DNA of 64,000 nucleotides from Dipteris shenzhenensis (Eukaryota): NCBI GenBank assembly GCA_047967505.1, contig CM106538.1; one strand, 5' to 3'. Shown piece by piece: positions 63,901 to 64,000 of this stretch (position 1 is its first letter; each line of letters starts with the position of its first letter). The notes under the pieces were generated by a model. It saw only the letters and a program-made list of their open reading frames with translations, ran no database searches and was not told where the DNA came from. The position numbers and the translations under genes were made by a program.

Positions 63901-64000
63901 GAAATCGAACTCGAGGTAGACGGTGATGGACTAGGAGATCGATGATGATGCCTCGATCTTTTTTTGCTATGGGACCGTCCCCTATGAGATCTCTCTTTCT
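57941..64000 (-). mobile_element. Ty3/gypsy chromovirus element D (gag-PR-RT-RH-IN-chromodomain, 3' LTR ~57941-59558); 5' end outside the window
   Basis: ORFs 61608-63737 (gag, LFDPGAT, CVDYRALN, FFDDIL), 61032-61460 (RNase H), 60324-61019 (HHCC and integrase core), 59575-60201 (GPF motif, chromodomain EQIV..YLVKFKNY..DAKW). PPT aagccgagggga precedes TGTCACC. Stops and a frameshift make it defective. Confidence 0.95.
58122..59378. repeat. ~630-bp tandem duplication inside the gypsy-D 3' LTR
   Basis: tagagctgtctggtaacctc starts at 58122 and 58755. Both units end taaccctcttggtaa. Confidence 0.93.

Noticed and set aside
1-64000. Most other short ORFs in the supplied track; rRNA and tRNA genes
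   Set aside because: The ORFs are antisense or alternative frames of TE sequence or low-complexity DNA. The only tRNA-related sequences are 11-12-nt tRNA-iMet primer-binding sites.

Overview
Eukaryotic nuclear DNA from a land plant. The transposon-bloated introns and element types suggest a large-genome, fern-like plant; this is inference only. The window lies within the span of one minus-strand DGAT1 (diacylglycerol O-acyltransferase 1, MBOAT family) gene. Eight in-phase GT-AG exons are visible (44062-44185, 39991-40089, 39699-39800, 7976-8112, 7733-7814, 7538-7558, 7090-7152, 4698-4745); the first and last exons were not found and appear to fall outside the window. One intron is 31.6 kb. 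The introns hold nested, mostly defective Ty1/copia and Ty3/gypsy (chromovirus) LTR elements, L1- and RTE-type LINEs, and a hAT transposon with intact ends and target-site duplication (TSD). The most striking unexplained structure is a 5.3-kb palindrome (52597-57940; two ~2.65-kb arms, 39-nt spacer). It is a head-to-head inverted duplication of the promoter and spliced 5' half of an unknown gene, whose 3' half has a segment resembling an aerolysin/ETX-MTX2 pore-forming hairpin. If it is intronic to DGAT1, it would be transcribed as a giant hairpin RNA. Also notable: two base-resolvable inversions in a copia-in-gypsy-LTR nest (30371-33873), an in-frame gypsy-RT/RTE-LINE-RT fusion, and CCGTAC (SBP-box-like) clusters in the leaders of several unrelated elements.
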